Assembly (NCBI GenBank): GCA_009103225.1
Contig: RHPI01002438.1
Span: 1-64,000, forward strand
Direction: 5' to 3'
Origin: Chlorokybus atmophyticus
Taxonomy: Eukaryota; Plantae; Mesostigma and Chlorokybus algae
DNA: 64,000 bases
Shown: piece by piece, positions 24,331-37,720 of the stretch
Numbering within the stretch: the first letter of the stretch is position 1
Layout: every line of letters begins with the position of its first letter
Translations under genes and position numbers: made by a program
The notes under the pieces: model-generated
What the model saw: the letters and a program-made list of their open reading frames with translations, nothing else
What the model was told of the DNA's origin: nothing
Database searches by the model: none

Positions 24331-27300
24331 ATGCTGGAGCGGCCCAGTGCGTCCGGCGGGTCATCAGCAGGCAGTCCACTCAGGCAAAGGGGAGGGGGAG
24401 GGGGAGGTGAAGATGAAAATGGCCCTGGCAGCAGCAGCAGCAGCAGCAGCAGACGCAGGCAAGGAGAATACCAACCGCACGATTGTGGCGCGGTTGCTAA
24501 TGTGTGCATGATACGCAGTAGTAGTCGGTTGTTGTTACCGATGAACGATACATACATCACAGCTTGCACAGGTGTACTGCGTGTGCGTGTGCGCATCTGC
24601 GTGTATGAATACACTCGTGTGTGCACTTTCGTGTGGGCACGCGTGCACATGTGCCTGCACGCTCGCACACGTCGACATGCTTGCGTTGTTGCTGGTACTA
24701 CGGCACGAGCACGCTCACGAGGCACAGACGCATTGACATGACATACGCGCACACCCACCCACCCACCCACCCACTCCCGCAGTACACCGCGCACATCCAG
24801 TTACACAACGGCCGTCCCGCCCCTGTCGCTCTTCCCTACTGCCGCGACGGCGACGGGCGAGGGGCGGCCGAGCACCGTGGCGGGGAGCCCGTCGGCGTCG
24901 TGGAGAGGGGGAGGAGGAGGAGGTAGGTTGGGGTGTGTACGCAGAGAAACGGGGGGGTGGGGGGGTGGGGAGCAAGACTTTGCCTTGATTCTAAGGGGTG
25001 TGCGTGTGCGTGTGTACGTCGCGTTAGGTTATTCGGGGACTTCGTCCTCTCCGCGATACTACGCAGTGATGGACTGTGCGCTTCCCAGCCCGCCGCGCAC
25101 GTAAGCTACACACACAACGTTACGCGCTCTATGGTCATGCATAATGTTCGAAAGTTCGTGTGCAAGAAAAACTGTGCAAGAAAAACTACGACTTGTTGAT
25201 GTGTGTCTTGACTGTGTGTTTGTGGTTGATTCGCGTGCACAGAGGCAGCCCTCGCCAACAACTACTGTTCAGCCCGCGCACGCTAAGACCCGATGTCTCG
25301 TTCCGTTCCGATGCCGCAAGGTGAGCGAGCAATAATCAACAACAGGTGCTACGCGACGTCATATGTTACTTCCAGCCAACACTGCACACGCACATGTGCG
25401 CAACATTGCACACGCAAACGCGAGCACACACAAGCGCGAGCACACACAAATGCACGCGTGCACGCTTGCGCACACATAGACGCAACTGCATACTTTACAC
25501 CACCACCCCTCTCCCCCCCCTTCCCCTCCCACACGCCCACGCACCCCCACCCCCACACAGCCACTCACCCCCACCCACATGCAGATACACTAGGCCCGCA
25601 AAGGCCGCATCCCCCCGCAACCACCGGTGGACCTCCTCTTCGTGCGACGACCTCCACTCCTCCCACTCGCTACTCAACAAGCAAACCAACGATGACTCGT
25701 CCCTCACCGACGAGGAGTTCGCCGCGCTGGAGCGCGCGCAGTGCGAGGCGGCAATGCTGAGCCACGCGCCGCGGGAACCGACCGGGAGAAAGTAGGGGTT
25801 GTGGGGATGTGGGGTGTGTGGGGTGGGGCTGATGGATTGGTGTTGGTGTGTGCGCAGGGATGCATTGGCGGTTAGGGAGTGGCTGCGGGCGGCGCTGCAG
25901 CAGCTAGCGGCAAGGTGGGGTGTACTTAGGTGCATGTGTGTGGCTCCTATTTCTGTGCTGAAGCAAGCCTGTGTGTGCGTATGTGCATGCATGCGAGCGA
26001 TTGTGTGTGCAAGCGTGCGTTGATGTGTGAGCACGCGTATGCTTACGTGCGTGTGCGTGTGTTTCTGTATGCGATATGTATTGGTTTGTGCGCATGTTCT
26101 GTGTCTCACACGCACACGTGCGCGTACTCGCTTTTCTCCCCCACACAGTGTGTGCCCGTAAGTACTCGACACTGACAGTGTGGCTATCCACACCACTACT
26201 TGCTTGACACACACAGGGCCACTGACGACGTGGCCCAGCTAGCGCGCGAGTCCCAATCCGTTCACGAGCGCGCCTTCTGGGCAGCCCAGCGCCAGGTGTG
26301 AGTGACTACTACTAGTACCACTTGTTCATCACACACGTCACGCATTCGCAAACCAACGCGACATCAGGTGGCGGTGCACTGCGAGGAGAGGGGAGCGTTG
26401 ATGGCGGACCTGTGGCGCGGGCAGCAGAAGCTCACCAACGCCGTCATGAAACACGTAAGGCAGGACGGCGCGTGGGTGTGCACAGAGCGCTCTTTGGTAT
26501 GCGTGAGGAAATGATGGATACAACGCAACGTGTATGTGGTTGCTGTTGTCGTGCGTGCTCAGTTGTCGGAAGAGAGGCGGCTGCAAGACCAGGGACACGC
26601 GCGCCTGGCGGCCCGCATCGCACAGCTGGAAGTAGAACGCCTCGAAGCCCGCACAGTGAGTAGTGTGTTTACACGCACGCGCACACAAACGCGCTTGCGC
26701 GTGCACGAAACACTTTGTTGTTGCGGTTTGTCTTCTTGTAGGTTGTGGACCGGCTCAGTCGCGAGCTGAACGAGATGGCGGCCTCCCTGAGCGCCTCCCT
26801 CGTCAGCACAGCCACAGCCTCCGCAGAGAGGCATGTTGGTGCAGAACAGGATGTTGTTGATTATGTTGTTGTTGAGAATGTTGGTGAAGATGTTGAGAGT
26901 GTGTGCGTTCAGGTCAACTGCGATGGAGAGGTTGGCGCGCGAGCGGGACGATGCGGACCTGTTCCTCCCCAGTTTGGAGCAGGCGAGCATGTCATCCTTC
27001 TTGTTGTTGTTGTTGTCGTTGTTGTCTGCATGTGCATAACAACAGCAACTTCTGACGGTGTGTTTTCTCTGCTACAGTACAAGGACTGCATGATGTTGCG
27101 AGCGTGCGTGGAGGACGGCCGCCCCCCCTCCATCGCGATCTCACCTCAACACGCCGTCGACGTCGAGGTGGCCGGCCACGCCATCCGCAAAGGTGCGACC
27201 GCACATGTTACTCTTGATCCTCCGCCACCACCACAACAACAAGTCCACAACTATGCGTGCATGTGTCCAGATATCGAGAGGCTGCTTGTGGGTCACGCGG

Positions 27301-27391
27301 CGCTCGGGGAGGCCGTGCAGAAGGCGCGCGCGGTGGCGGCGTTTGCAAGGGGAGAGGACGAGAGCGAGGCGGGAGACAGCTGGCAGCAGCA

Positions 27392-27438
<47 letters not shown>

Positions 27439-27524
27439 NNNNNNNNNNNNNNNNNNNNNNNNNNNNNNNNNNNNNNNNNNNNNNNNNNNNNNNNNNNNNN
27501 NNNNNNNNNNNNNNNNNNNNNNNN

Positions 27525-27566
<42 letters not shown>

Positions 27567-27975
27567 AGTAGTGCATGCTTGTGGTGGGTGTGTCTCTGTA
27601 CACGCACACGCACTCGTACGTGTTTGCAGATGGAGGCGGTAGTTCAGCGTCTCCACCTGTGCTCCTGTCACAACAGCAAGTCCGAGGGCGTGGGCTCTCG
27701 TCGTCCGTCGGCGGCGCCAACAGGCAGGTGCAGGCTGTGCGCCAACAAGGACGCGCTGCTCAAGGTGAGAGAGAGAGACAGAGAGTGGAGTTGTTGTTGT
27801 GGCTGTTGTTAATGCTGTTGTTGTTGTATATATGACACGAGGTAAGTGACCAACGCATGTGCGCATGCGCATGCACATGGGAGTTCGCGTGTCGGGGTAC
27901 GTGTGTGCGTGTGTTTGTGCGTGCACGTGTGCACGTGCGCTTGAACGATGGTGCTGGTGTGTGGTGATGGGGTGG

Positions 27976-28011
<36 letters not shown>

Positions 28012-30611
28012 GTGTATGTTGGGTACCAAACACACACCATGTCCGTGCAGAGTCTGAAGAAGCAGGCTGGGGAGGCGAGGGTGGCTGCCGCCGGGGCCGA
28101 GGAGGAGCTGCGGGCCGCACGCGAGGAGGTCGCCAGCTTCCGCGAACAGCTAGCACACAGCACACGCAGGTATGTTATTGCTGCTATTGTGGTTGTTGGT
28201 GGTGGTGGTGGTGTTGGTGGTGGTGGTTGTATTGTTGTGGTTGTTAAGGACGAGGGCTGTTATACTTGAAGGTTGAGGCAGAGTCGTGTCGGTGAGATGC
28301 TGCAGCTGGCGTCGAGGATGTCTGTCGTGGAGCATGAGAGCCGCCTCGGGAAGCAGCAGGTGCCACGCCACATTTTCGAAAGCATGCATGCAGGGTGAAA
28401 CGATGAAGATACAGTGTTTGGAAGCCAGTATTGGTATCCTGGCTGAGTGTTTCTTTGCCCCCCAGCTGCAGGAAGACTCGCTGCAAGATGTCACGGTCAA
28501 AAAAGCTCTCATGCGTGTCATTCTCAACCGTCAGGTAACACACGCACACGCACACGCACACGCGCAGGCAAACACTCTACACTGGTCCGCATACAACTGC
28601 CATATATACACATCCCTTTTCCACTCCACAGCCTAGCGACGACACCGACACCGACACCAACACAACCACAGCCGGCGCCATGCCTCCCCCCCTGCTCTCC
28701 GCCCTCACACACCTCGTAAGCACCCTCCCTCCCACCCTCCCTCCCCACACGCACACACAACTCACTCACCCCTTCCTCCCCCCCCCTCAAAACAGGCCTA
28801 CGCCCACCTCCTCCACGCATGTTCATCTTCACATCATCCTCATCCTCACCCTCACTATAACAACCTCTCCATTCCCATACCGACATTACCCGAGTGCCTG
28901 CTGGCGGCGGTGGTTGGGTGTACTACTACTAACGGTGCAGGAGTGGGAGTGGGGAATGTGGTGGACTGGGTGATAAGGGAGGTGGCGGGTACGCCTGACA
29001 TACAGGTTGGGGTTGGGGTTGGGTTGTTGGGTACGGGGAGGGGTATGCGGATGCGAGATACATGTAGTCACACACACACGCACACGTACCTGCAGGAGAG
29101 CGAGTTCGGTGTGCTGGTGCGTGCCCCCGCGGTGGATTGCCTCGCGGCCGTGCGCTTGCTTCTGTTAACCCGCCGGGACGGTGATGCAACTGAGGGATTG
29201 AGGGCGATGCTTGCCAGTACGGGCGTGAGCAAAGGTAAGGAGTGTTGAGTGTTGGATTGGGATGGTGTGTGGGATTGATCACATGAGTTGTAACGTTGCT
29301 GTGCGCTTCCGCAGACGAGGAACGCGAAAGCATCATGCAGAGCGTTGCGCTGATGGCCTCGGCAGGCAACCAACAGCAGGTGTGCGTGTGCACGCACGGC
29401 CGCATCTGTGTCGGTGTCTGTGCGCACGTGTACGCATACATGCGTACGTCACACCCCACCTGACCACCCCCTCCGCTCACAGCCCGCCTCCGCCCGCGCC
29501 CTCCTCTCCTCCCTCGCCCGTCTCCGCCGCCGCCTGCGCGACGGCTACTTCGAGCGGATGCGTGAGAGCAGCGGCGCGGAGGGGTTCCTGAGACTGGCAG
29601 CGGAGGTCAGGAGTGGGTATGGGTTGCTAGGTTGGGACGGAATGTTGTGTGATGGAGTGTGAGTGTGTGTGTTTGGTGAGCAGGCTGTGGGGGAAGGGGC
29701 GGAGGGGATGGTGGTGCACGCGATGAGGGCGTTCAGACAGCAGGCCAGTAATCCCAATAGGTATGTGTGTAGTGACGTGCATGCGTGCAGCAATAGCGTG
29801 TCGCGCACAGGCATCGACCTATGATTGTGTGCGTGCGTACGTGCGCGCCTGTGCACTCATGCCTTATGCGGCCCACCGACGACATGCGCACGCGTCCTGC
29901 CGACACTGACATTGCACGCATGTTCAGAGTGGAGGAGCTTGCGGACACGCTTGCATCATGGCAGTTCCAAGCTGCTGCGAGCAAGACGCAAACACTCGCT
30001 GCCGGCGATACGCAGGAACCTGCCGCTCGCACGAGTTTGCTGCTGCTGGATTACGTCTGGCGCCAACGATCCGCGGAGATATCCGCCAAACTGAAGGTAC
30101 GACGAACATGCCTGCATGTTTACAACCGACAAGTCGCCAACAATCGTCACTGACTGACCGCTGCGCGTGTGCGACTGCGTGTTGTAAGTGAGTCACACAT
30201 GTACACACGCGTCTGTTGAACATGCGTTACGACTTACGTGACATGTTGCTGAGTCTGTTTCTCACATTGTGCAACCGTGCGCATTAGACACGTGTGTAAG
30301 CTATGCCCAAGGCTGTTGTACACATGTGCCTATTGTGCCCACAGTCACCTACAACACACCCACCCCACCCACCCTTGTGGCAGCGTCTGGCGTTCTCCCA
30401 CCACCCCGACGTCTCCTCCCTCCTCCACTCCGCCTCTGCTCTGGCCGCGGCGTCGCAGTCGTCCTTTGGAAGCGTGGAGGAGGATGCTGCAGCCTCAGGG
30501 ACAGGGGAGGGGGCGAGGGAGTGGTGGGGGAGGCTGCGGGGGTTGCTGGACGCGGTGGGGGGAGAGGGGAGGAAGGAAGGGGGAGAGGGGGACGAGGATG
30601 GAGAGGGGTGA
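24331..30611 (+). CDS. Large multi-exon coiled-coil protein with an axonemal dynein light chain-like segment (AXDND1-like)
   Basis: About 20 GC-rich exons linked by canonical splice sites. SVHERAFWAAQRQ|VAVHCEERGALMADLW resembles the Ax_dynein_light motif (F-x-ELIRQV-x-x-x-C-x-ERG-x-LL) as recalled; long coiled-coil exons follow. Confidence 0.6.
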
Positions 30612-31444
30612 TAGGGAAGGGGAGTGTTTGGCTATGTCCTCTACATTCTGCAAATGGTGGTTGCGTGTTGGTTGTTGCCCGAGGGTCTAGTGTTGGGCCA
30701 GTAGATGTGTTGAGTTGGAGTAAGCTGTGCATAGCTCTACCTTGGCCGCCATGTGATCGTCTGCTTGCTTATATTTGCCCTACTGCCACCTACTTCAAGG
30801 TTGCGCGTTCAACCTTTGTGTGTTATGTTTATCGTCGGGCTCATGGATTTCTTGAGGGATTTGGTCATTCTAGAGGTGATGTTGTCGACTTGAATGTATC
30901 CAATGTGTGGTTGAGCTTCAAGAAGGGAGGGCACATCCCATGCCTCTATCGTCTGCTCCATTAGTGTTAAGTCTAGGTCTACATTCGTCTATACTTGTGC
31001 GTGGTAGTTTGTTTGGCAAGCAGAGCATTAGCTAGTCAAAACCCAAGGATCATAGCCGACACAATCAGAACCGTCGCGCACACAACGTGTATGTGCGCGC
31101 TTGGAATGCTGCTGACTGCTACATGCCATGCTAGCATGCGTAGCTGCCTACGCAGTACACAGCCCATGGTCGGATTGCCCCAAGCCTTGCTGGCAACTGA
31201 CAACAGCTGGTGAGCACGCGGTGCTTGCGAACATGCAGTGAAACAGGGAACAAGTGCATGTAGTGCAACATGACGGAGCAACCCTTGCCATGGCAACTCG
31301 GGACAGGATATATGCAATGGTGGCATAATGAAGACCGCAAACAAGTGCGAGGGAGACTGTAGGAGACTATAGGGAGACTGCAGGAGACTACAGGTCTTTG
31401 TGGAGTAATAGATGACAAAACTGCACTCGCAAGTTGGTGAAGTT

Positions 31445-32753
31445 CTACGCAAATGTCTCTCCGTTCCAGCCAACATCGCTGCCCTGCGACCAACATGCGG
31501 ACAGGTGAGTTGTTAATCTGGATGCGAGAATACGCAGGAGCAGACACATGCACTCATGCGTGTGCATGCGCGCACCCATGCACCTGCGCGTGTGAGAACA
31601 CGCATGTGCAGGCACATGCTGGCGTGCGTGTGCACAAGCACCCACGCGCAGGTGCCCACCACCAAACCCGCAACACAACCTGCGCGCGACCACGTGTGCC
31701 TAAACTGAAGATTGCAGGAGTGCCGCACCCACTAACGCACACCCACATACCAACAGTGCGTGTGCTCCCGCGCACGCCAGGGGACCAGAACAACACCAGC
31801 AACAACCATGTGGACGCCACGTAGTAACACAAATCCATGAGCAGCACAAACACATTCCTCTTAGACACTATAAAACACCATCACCAGCACGTTCTGAACC
31901 CACCTCCACGTTGACAAAGTTGACGTAGTATCTGTTGGGCGGCATATTGAGCGAGGACGACACGAGGTTGGTGATCTTCTTGCTGATGGACTTGTTCTTC
32001 TCGCCGCCGATCCCGCCGATCGAAGTCAGCTCCGCGGCCGCCGTGGGCTCCTCGGTACCACCAAACGTCACCGGCACGCCCGCGCGCACAGACACGCACA
32101 CAAACTGCAGAAGTGACATATGTGTGTGTGGTGGTGGGGNNNNNNNNNNNNNNNNNNNNNNNNNNNNNNNNNNNNNNNNNNNNNNNNNNNNNNNNNNNNN
32201 NNNNGAGGGGGGCAATGGGTGTGACACTTCTTGCCGCAGTGTAACGCAAGCAGCCGACTGCTTTACGCTTGATAGGAAATAAGCTGAGCTACATTGTCTC
32301 AACATCCGAGGTTTGATACGGCAGAATATGTGCTGAGAGGAAGGCTTAGTATGGACGCATGTAGCACAGCACTACACCCGCAAGACGCAAGCACAGTTGA
32401 CACTAAACACGTGCCTTGTGAAGTTCTGATGCACAACCCCATTGAGATGGAGACATTGTTGCAACAGCAAAGCCAGCATCAGGCAATGCCGTTGTGTAAG
32501 CATCAGTTCCCAAACACACATGTGCTTATGCAAGCAGAAGCATATGCACACGCATGCATGCATGCATGCGTCGCTCTATGACAAACATGCAGAGCCTGAA
32601 TGCGTAGTTGTGAAGCTCAAACAATAGTCAAACAGCGTCACCGACTCGGGCTTGCCAGTCTCCGCTGCAACAATCTTGGACGCCGCCCTTGAGGAAGTCG
32701 CTGGTGCTCACGCTGTTGCTCGGCACAATCGTCGTGACGCTGAGCCAAGGCAT
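31445..32753 (-). CDS. MIF: Macrophage migration inhibitory factor (MIF/tautomerase) family, paralog 1; 3 exons
   Basis: MPWLSVTTIVP...AAETGKPES|FVCVSVRAGVPVTFGGTEEPTAAAELTSIGG...RYYVNFVNVE|GSDVGWNGETFA*. Confidence 0.92.
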
Positions 32754-32960
32754 GGCGTCAGCTGGCGTAGCTGCCTCACTCACACCCCACACGCACTCAA
32801 CTCATCCGCCGCCGCCACCACCAACGACACCACCGCCTCCGCCTTGCCAACAACCCTTGTGGCCTGGACTCTACCAACCTTAGCCTGAGGCATTGCTCAG
32901 CTTACTAAGACATTGCTAAGCTTCCTGGCATTGGCATTGGCATCGGTGTCGTCAGCGGCA

Positions 32961-33194
32961 TTGGCGTCCGTGGCGTTGTCTACCGGCACCGCCGCTCCTT
33001 CCCCAGGGCTTGGGCCAGGCCAGGCCGGCCGGCAGGAGCGGAGCTGGCTGCCACGGACGCTGTGCGCTGCGCCAGGGACGGCGGGGAGCTGTAGCATCGC
33101 TGGCGGTGTCGTTGTGCGCTGCGCCGTTGCTGAGGAGGAGGAGGAGGACGCGTCCACCGCCACCGCCGCCGTGCGCCCCGTCGTCATCCTGCCT
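32961..33194 (+). pseudogene. Orphan duplicate of exon 1 of the alpha/beta-hydrolase gene; start codon ATG changed to TTG
   Basis: Homologous to 34943-35233. Frame is open (78 codons) and ends RPVVILP|GTGAGT in the same phase, but GTCAGCGGCA-TTG replaces GTCAGCGGCA-ATG. Confidence 0.75.
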
Positions 33195-33729
33195 GTGAGT
33201 GAACCTGATGTGTGGTTTGGACCCCTCCTGTCACTCTGGGACTGAGACAAGCATTGCGTGTGCAGCTGTTGCGCTTGTTATGCTTACTGAGTTCGTGTCA
33301 CTGAATGGACGGTGCAGTGCTCTTCGCAACTCATGCAGACAGTGCAACAACCCAACCTCAGCAAACAGTACCCTGCTCGTTCATGGCTGCTACTTCACAC
33401 CCCGGATCTGTGACCTGCCCGTTGCAACGCACTATGATGCGTGTGCATGCGTGTTTGGGGACCGACTGTGCCACAAACATTGTCGTGTGTGACTTGGCCA
33501 GACCCTTGCTAGCACAAGCAGCCACATAGGTCAGTATGTGTGTTGCTGTGCCACACGGAACAGGCGCATGTCGCGCAACATGATGCAAGCAACCATCGTC
33601 GCAGTAACTTGAGAGACGTGATACGTAAAGGGTGCATAGTGAAGACTATAGATAAGTGCGAGCCAGACGGGTGTAAGTCTTTCAAGTGGCCTAAGAAGTG
33701 GTCAAATTGCACTCTACGCCAGTGAAGCT

Positions 33730-34774
33730 CTACGCAAATGTCCCACCATTCCAGCCAACATCGTTGCGCTGCAGCCACAACCATGCACATGTTAGTCCGC
33801 AACTTTCACACACACGGACACGCACAGACAGGCTGTGATACACCATCCCCACAAGCAGCAGCACAACCACCCCTCTCAGAAACACTCCAGGCTTTGGCAC
33901 ACCTCCATGTCGACAAAGTTGATGTAGTATCGGTTAGGCGCCACGTTGAGTGATGCGGAAAGGAGGTCGGATAACTTCTTGCTGATGGACTTGTTCTTCT
34001 GGCCTCCAATCCCACCGATTGAGATCAGCTCCGCCGCCGCCGCGGGCTCCTCAGTACCACCAAAGGTCATCGGGACGCCGGCACGCAGAGACACGCACAC
34101 ATACTGGACAACGGATTGAACTTGTGTGTGTGTTTAAGCTCAGCTTCGTTTGCCACGACAATGCAGTGTGCGGGCAGACAACTGGGTGATCATGCGCGAT
34201 CGGCTGCATGCAAATCTGAGATGCATTGTTGCACAAGTAAAGCGGTACAACAGCAGAGCAAAACGTGTTGCTAGAGAGAAAACTACTTAGTACTGACTCA
34301 CTCAGCACAGTAGGTGACAAGCAAGCGCACTTGGCAGTGAACAACACAACAGATGCCTTGCAAAGCTCTGCTGCTGTAACCCAACTGAGAGTCAGATTGT
34401 CGCAACACAGCAACGTCTGTGCACTATGTGCAATGCCGTTGTGTACGCTCCAATCCAGTTCGCGAGATGCATGCGTTAGTCATCGGACCAAGCAGTAGCA
34501 CGGTTGTACCACGTGCATGCATACATGCATGCGCGCCCAAGCACATGCACGCATGCATGTTGCATGCATGGGTGCATGTGCTCGTGCTCTAGCATAAACA
34601 TTGAAGCCTGACTGAGAATACGCGGGCTATTCGATAGGCCAACAAAGGAACGGTCATCCTCACCGACTCGGGCTTGCCAGTCTCTGCTGCGATGATCTTG
34701 GACGCCGCCTTGAGGAAGTCGCTGGTGCTCACGCTGTCGCTCGGCACATTGGTCGTGATGTTGAGCGTCGGCAT
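33730..34774 (-). CDS. MIF: MIF/tautomerase family, paralog 2; 3 exons
   Basis: MPTLNITTNVP...AAETGKPES|YVCVSLRAGVPMTFGGTEEPAAAAELISIGG...RYYINFVDME|RNDVGWNGGTFA*. Confidence 0.95.
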
Positions 34775-34942
34775 GGCGTCAACGCACACCCCTCGCTCAA
34801 CACACTCTCACCTACACTCCCGCCACCACCGATGCCACCACCGCCTCCGCCTTATCACCAACCTCCCCTCTCTGTCCTTGGACACTAACCCTAATCTGAG
34901 CCATTGGCATTGGAGTTGTTGTCGTTGATGTGGTCAGCGGCA

Positions 34943-36843
34943 ATGGCGTCAGTGTCGTCGTTGTTGTCCTTGGGCGCCTCCTCCGCCTCCACGAGCTACG
35001 GCGCTGCTGCCCCGAGGTTTGGTTCAGGCCAGGCCGGAGGCAGGCCGGAGAAGCGGAGCTGGCTGCCACGTGGACGCTGTGCGCTGCGCCAGGGACGGCG
35101 GGGGAGCTGTAGGATTGATGGTGGTGGCGGTGGCGGTGGCGTGCGCTGCGCCATTGCCGAGGAGGAGGATGCCTCTCCCACCTCTCCCTCCACCCCTGCC
35201 GCCACCGCCGTGCGCCCGGTCGTCATCCTGCCTGTGAGTGAAACACATGTGTGAATGTGTGCGTGGCATACAGCAGGAGAGCTCTCCATCGTAATGCATG
35301 ACTACTATCAGCGTCGTGTCAATCTGATCTGTCCAGGTTCCCCGGCACATTGCAAGACAAGTCTTGTTTGGTTGATCAGCACACAGTATCCATCCACCAA
35401 TGCGCCAGTCAGGGACACAGTGCTATGCATGCTTGCTGCCGCTGGCTCCTCGTTTTAAGAAGCACCTTGTGTGGAACATGGCCTAAACAGACAATGTTCC
35501 CTGCACACGCATGGTGCATGCACTCAATTCCAACACCCAACAGCAGCAAAGAGACAGACTTGCTTGTTCTTGCCAACCCTATAAGTCCAGCAGTTGTCCC
35601 TGCTCACTGTCAAATCACCGCTCGCACATTACAACTCTCTTCTACATCAACACACGAACACTTCTTCTACCCCCCCCCAGGGTCTCGGCAACAACTCCGC
35701 CGACTACGTGCCTCTATCCGCCTCCCTCAAGTCCCTTAACATCCCCTCTCTCACCCTCCCGGTCCGGCGCGCGGACTGGCTCCGCAACGCGCTGGGACTC
35801 GCGGATGTGAGCTACTGGCGGGGGACGCTGCGGCCGAGACCCGTGCTGGACTGGTATTTGACGAGGGTGGCGGCGGCGGTGGATGAAGCCTATGGCGGTG
35901 GGTGGAGTTGTAGTCAGTTTGGGTGTGTGTATGTTGGTGATGCCTGATGAGCGTGCGTGCGTGCGTGCGTGCGTGCGTGTACGCATACACACAGATTGAT
36001 GCTGTATCAATAGTCTATATCCAGACCATGTAAGAACCGTGTATTATCAACTGATGCTTGTTTCTGTACCAAAACAGAGCATGGGAGTCCCGTCTCCATT
36101 GTTGCACACTCTGCCGGCGGGTGGCTCGCGCGCGTGTACATGGCCGAGTTTGGCCCCGACAAGGTCAAGCTGTTGCTGACTCTGGGCTCACCTCATAGGT
36201 ACAACAGCTCACCTGTTGTGCATTTTCAAACAATTATTATCTCACCATGCATAGAGTCTCATCACACGCAACGTGTGGGTTTTAGGCCGCCTCCCAAGGG
36301 TGTCCCGGGCGTGGTCGATCAGACCCGCGGGCTGCTGGACTACGTGGAGGCCAACTGTCCCGGGGCGTTCCACGACAACGTGAGGTACGTCTGCGTGGCG
36401 GGCAAGTACACCGAGGGTGCGAGGCTACGAGACACACAAGGACGGGAGAGCGGTGTACCTGCAACGGTCCAACAAAAGTGAGTGTTGCATATATAATCAC
36501 ACACGCACCTCAGCCTCGGTCCGAGTCAGCATCCCAACATGTCGCGCGTGCGTGCGTCTTTGCGTGTACACATGTGTTCGCGGGTGTGTGCAGGGTAATA
36601 GGGCAGGGTTACAAGATGGTGTGTGGCGAGGCTTCCGTGTGGGGGGACGGCGTGGTCCCAATTGAGTCCGCCACTCTCGATGGCGCGGACAATGTCATCC
36701 TTGAGGGCGTGTACCACTCGCCTGTTGGTGCTGTGGACTCCGCTGCCGCGTTGGTTAAAGGTGAGGGCCCGCCGAAGAACCTGCGACCATGGTACGGCTC
36801 ACCGAGCGTGCTGGAGAAGTGGGTTCACTACCTCCTGGAGTGA
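34943..36843 (+). CDS. PGAP1-like alpha/beta hydrolase with probable plastid transit peptide
   Basis: RPVVILP|GLGNN oxyanion region, nucleophile elbow IVAHSAGGWLARVY, LLTLGSPH, GDGVVP, and GVYHSP catalytic His motif. Confidence 0.88.
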
Positions 36844-37720
36844 AGCCATCGATGAAGTGGCTTCGGTCTAGCATGTGATTGTGGCGCTCAGGCATGCCCA
36901 CGGTTTCAAAAACATTTGTCTGTGTGAGTTGGTTGTCATCAAAGAACAACGTGGTGTGGCAAAATAAGACCCCTCACAGCATAGCTTAGCACTTAGTTAG
37001 CATTGAGCGTTGAACTAGCAGTAGCGCCCGCATTGTTGGTTGGTAGTTGGTTGTTGATAGACTAGAATATTGTTGACACACATTGGAAGTATCTGAATTA
37101 CCCGGGTAACAAATGCTCATTGCACAGCTTGTTTACAACTGTGTTGCCTGCAGCTTGAATGCATGTGTTCACGTGTGCTGCTTTGCCATGTGTACATGCC
37201 AAACCACACTGTTGCGCACCGACCTGATTTCAGAGTGTCAACGTCGTCGCATTCTATCTTGGTGATTACTGGTTGCGCTCCCATGATCATGCAACAAAGC
37301 AATATAACAAACAAAGGGTGCATGTGGCAAACCTCGAAGCAGGTGGCAGTAGGGTCAAAGAGAAACAAGCAGTCATGTGATTACGTGGGGGCCAAGGCAG
37401 AGCTATGCACAATTCACTCTACCAACGATTACTAGCTCGACACTAAGACCCTCAAGCAGCAGCAGGTGGGCGTGTACAGCAGCAAGCACACGGACAGCAA
37501 CCAACACCCAACCACCTGCAGAGTGTGGAGGAGATATGTTGTAATCGACTGACCAACTTGTTTTCACGTCAAACAGCTCAAGGGAGGATGCCAAGCAATG
37601 TGGTGTTCAACTGGCTACACTGTTCTGTCTCGAATCTACAACTGTGTATGCCAAAGATGCAATGCGCGGTTCTGCTATCTGGTGGCTGTGCAGCAAAAAA
37701 AAGTAAAGTCTTCCTCAACA

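Noticed and set aside
24500-31900. Many ORF-track entries rich in HT/CV/RE repeats
   Set aside because: Translations of intronic CA/GT/GA microsatellites or antisense frames of real exons.
34886-34894. Telomere-like (T/A)AACCCTAA motifs here, at 45082 and near 53715
   Set aside because: Single 9-mers expected by chance; no array.
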